NCBI GenBank assembly: GCA_964565125.1
Contig: CAZMCX010000039.1
Coordinates: forward strand, 1-6,960
Length of the DNA: 6,960 bases
From: an uncultured archaeon
Lineage (GTDB): Archaea; Iainarchaeota; Iainarchaeia; Iainarchaeales; 0-14-0-20-30-16
Direction of reading: 5' to 3'
Under the pieces are notes generated by a model. That model made no database searches, was not told where the DNA came from, and was given only the letters and a program-made list of their open reading frames with translations. Positions 4,614 through 6,960 of the stretch are shown here, piece after piece (the stretch's first letter is position 1; every line of letters begins with the position of its first letter). The position numbers and the translations under genes were made by a program.

Positions 4614-6897
4614 GTAAATTAAACATGGCCAACATAGCCTCTATTTGAAGCCTATCGTTTGCACCTTCAGATACTCTAAAATTAATTTCACTTATAATCT
4701 CAATTAAACTTACTTTTTCTCTCGAATTCAAATAATCCTCTGAAAAATCAACTACTTCGCGATAAATTTGATTCAAAATATCTTCTCCAGACATACCATA
4801 ATTAAACATCAGTTTGTATAAAAGATCTCTTGCATCTTTAAATTTTCCATCTTTTGCGAGTAAAACCATTTTTTTTACTTCTTCAGGCCTTGCCCTGGCA
4901 CTTACTGTGAATACTTCTTGCTCACCAATAGAATCATCCAAAACACTACACGCTTGTAAAATATTTATTGCTTTTCTCATGTCGCCTAATGAAACATAAA
5001 ATATTGCGCTCAATGCTTTATTATCTATTTTTAGTTTTTCGTTTTTCGAAACCTCTTCTAGTCTGTTTATAACAGATTCTTTTTCCAAAGGCTTAAACCT
5101 AAAGACAACACATCTTGATTGTATTGGTTCAATAATGCGTGATGAATAATTGCAAGATAAAATAAATCTGCATGTTCTTGTATATTTTTCCATTGTTCTT
5201 CTTAATGCTTGCTGGGCATCTTGTGTTAAAGCATCCGCCTCATCCAAAAAAATAATTTTATACTCAGCCTCTAAGGGGAGGGTTCTTGCAAAATCTTTTA
5301 TTGTTTTTCTAACAACATCGATGCCCCTGTCATCACTATTATGAAGCAAAACAGGGGCTGTGCCACCCCAAAAAACTTCAGCACCCGGAACAGAAACATC
5401 ATACACATAATCATTATGTTTTTCCTTTTTTATTTCTGTTACCGCTAGAACATATAAATCAGAATTTACTAATTTGTTGAGCTTTTCTAATCCTTTTTTA
5501 TTTTTTAATAATGCCAATACTTTTTCTGCAGCAGTCTTCGAAATACGATCACACATTTTACTATAAAGTGAATGTCTCAGCAAATATTTTGTCTTCCCTT
5601 TGTATTTTTCTGCTAATTTGTTGAATATTTTTGATGGCAAAAGTTCTGCTTTAGTATAACTAAAAGATTTATTTGGCCAAATTAATCTTGTTTCTTTTGG
5701 AAAAACGCTTGATTCAACATTAGATAGTCTACTTAACCAAACAACATCTATAAGACATTCTTGAGATACTGATGATATTCGTGCAACTTTTTCCCAAATT
5801 CCGGAACCATCACCATCCCAATATCCTTTTATAAATGATAATCTTTGTTTTGAATTTGTATCAAAAATAAAGGTGGGTACTCTTTTTGTATTCGCTTTGT
5901 GGGATATATCGCCACCATAAAAATTAGCTTGCATAAACTTTGCTAATTGTGTATTAAAAACTCTTGTCTGCAAAGAGGTTTTCTTTGTTCTATCAAAACC
6001 AGATGCTCCTAAATAACAAGAATAGTTTAATCCTAAAGAAGTACTTATTTTTTGTATATTTTCTATATGCGGTACATCTTTTGGGTTGGGATAACCCAAA
6101 GTATAAATAATCTGACCACTAGTACCTGTGTTTGACATAGAAGTACAACCTTCTGCTAAATACATTCCAAAATACCAACTTAAATCATCATCAATTGAAA
6201 GTGTGTCAAAATTTTTTTTGAATGTAGGATTTGGTTGAATACCACTTCTTAATTGACAAAATTCAGCAGATTTATATTTTTCTAAATCAATATAATTTGA
6301 TTGCCCTTCAAAATCTGTTTTAAAAGAAATCAAAAGATCGCCTTTCTTTATTTCTGAGGCTTTTTTAGTAATTATATTGCCACAATCATCAAAAACCATT
6401 ATAGAATGAGATAAACTTGTTTTTACTTCGCCACCTTCATATTTTATTTTTAATATTTCGTTTACTTTATGTCTAAACAAATGTCCTACTTTCATAAATT
6501 TAACATTGTTGCACTTATCTAAAGATAACACTTCTAGATCATCAATACAAACCCGCTTAGATACAAAATCTAAAAAATATTTCTCTGCGAGCCAACCAAA
6601 ATTAACTCTATGTATTTCTTTGCCTTCTTTTATTAAAATTGGTGTATCTGGTGTTACACTCGCATTTAATTCTAAAAAATTTCTCTCAGCATTTTCTTTG
6701 AACAATTGTTTAGATATTGCTATTGCACTGGTTGTTTTTCCTGTACCTGCGGGCCCTGCAAAAATCATATTTGGAAGATCTTTATCCTCTGTGTATTTCT
6801 TTAATCTTTTTACAACTAGTTCGTTTCCTACAACATCATTTAAAGAATCAGGCCTATATTTTTCAACCCACGGCAAATTCGCATCTTTGTGTGTCAT
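4600..6897 (-). CDS. rfcS: Replication factor C small subunit (clamp loader) precursor containing one intein; predicted spliced product 324 aa
   Basis: The exteins carry all RFC small-subunit boxes. These are PWVEKYRP, Walker A GPAGTGKTT (6730..6756), NFLELNA|SDDRGIDVVR, Walker B IIFLDEADALT, SRC motif PIQSRCVVFRF and sensor-2 GDMRKAIN, plus a C-terminal Rep_fac_C-like helical domain. A 441-aa insertion separates ELNA from SDDRG. SD AGAGGGA lies upstream of the ATG at 6897. Confidence 0.93.
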   Translation of the reverse strand: MTHKDANLPWVEKYRPDSLNDVVGNELVVKRLKKYTEDKDLPNMIFAGPAGTGKTTSAIAISKQLFKENAERNFLELNASVTPDTPILIKEGKEIHRVNFGWLAEKYFLDFVSKRVCIDDLEVLSLDKCNNVKFMKVGHLFRHKVNEILKIKYEGGEVKTSLSHSIMVFDDCGNIITKKASEIKKGDLLISFKTDFEGQSNYIDLEKYKSAEFCQLRSGIQPNPTFKKNFDTLSIDDDLSWYFGMYLAEGCTSMSNTGTSGQIIYTLGYPNPKDVPHIENIQKISTSLGLNYSCYLGASGFDRTKKTSLQTRVFNTQLAKFMQANFYGGDISHKANTKRVPTFIFDTNSKQRLSFIKGYWDGDGSGIWEKVARISSVSQECLIDVVWLSRLSNVESSVFPKETRLIWPNKSFSYTKAELLPSKIFNKLAEKYKGKTKYLLRHSLYSKMCDRISKTAAEKVLALLKNKKGLEKLNKLVNSDLYVLAVTEIKKEKHNDYVYDVSVPGAEVFWGGTAPVLLHNSDDRGIDVVRKTIKDFARTLPLEAEYKIIFLDEADALTQDAQQALRRTMEKYTRTCRFILSCNYSSRIIEPIQSRCVVFRFKPLEKESVINRLEEVSKNEKLKIDNKALSAIFYVSLGDMRKAINILQACSVLDDSIGEQEVFTVSARARPEEVKKMVLLAKDGKFKDARDLLYKLMFNYGMSGEDILNQIYREVVDFSEDYLNSREKVSLIEIISEINFRVSEGANDRLQIEAMLAMFNLHTKQ
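5338..6660 (-). mobile_element. Intein (441 aa, residues 80-520 of the RFC precursor) with embedded double-LAGLIDADG homing endonuclease
   Basis: Block A is SVTPDTPILIKEG (Ser1) and block B is EVKTSLSHSIMVF. LAGLIDADG motif 1 is LSWYFGMYLAEGC (6145..6183) and motif 2 is LSFIKGYWDGDGS (5803..5841). Block F is DYVYDVSVPGAEVFWGG and block G is APVLLHN, followed by the +1 Ser. In-silico excision regenerates the canonical RFC sequence NFLELNASDDRGI. Confidence 0.88.
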
Positions 6898-6960
6898 AAA
6901 AATCCCTCTTATTTAATCTTGTTTCCAGCATACAAACTTGTGTTAGTAAGGCTTCGACTT

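Noticed and set aside
4814-6916. Plus-strand ORFs 4814..4999, 5150..5344, 6506..6916 and 6717..6899
   Set aside because: They are antisense shadows of rfcS and its intein. They have no motifs and no SD, and 6506..6916 and 6717..6899 overlap each other in different frames.
1-6960. Scan for tRNA/rRNA genes, CRISPR repeats, IS or transposon terminal inverted repeats, and in-frame stop codons hinting at recoding
   Set aside because: Almost the whole window is occupied by coding sequence with standard-code open frames. No cloverleaf-like GC-rich segments, no regularly spaced repeats and no transposase-like ORFs were seen. The only mobile element is the intein.

Overview
The window is visibly AT-rich and every supportable gene lies on the minus strand. 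The gene content looks archaeal, possibly a small-genome or DPANN-like lineage, but that placement is inference only. Reading in the direction of transcription (high to low coordinates), there are two units. (1) A replication factor C small-subunit gene (4600..6897) is interrupted by a full-size 441-aa intein (5338..6660). The intein carries a double LAGLIDADG homing endonuclease and sits exactly at the conserved ELNA|S-DxRG site. (2) After a 90-nt spacer comes a compact type IV filament (Epd/Tad-like pilus) operon. It encodes a FlaI/CpaF/TadA-family secretion ATPase and two separate single-domain T2SSF platform proteins in a TadB/TadC-like split arrangement. It ends in a tandem array of three miniature class III signal-peptide pilins of 59, 66 and 59 aa. 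Two of these pilin genes (88..267 and 502..681) are one codon under the 60-aa cutoff of the supplied ORF track. I found them only by manual reverse-strand translation. Gene starts are supported by a recurring archaeal-type Shine-Dalgarno element (GGAGG / GTGAT(CC)) 3-7 nt upstream of the ATGs. I saw no rRNA, tRNA, CRISPR array, transposase or IS end. The best candidate for an under-described system is the minimal helix-only pilin plus split-platform pilus module. No prepilin peptidase or accessory genes are visible in the window. All homology statements rest on motif recognition by eye and need HMM or structure searches to confirm.
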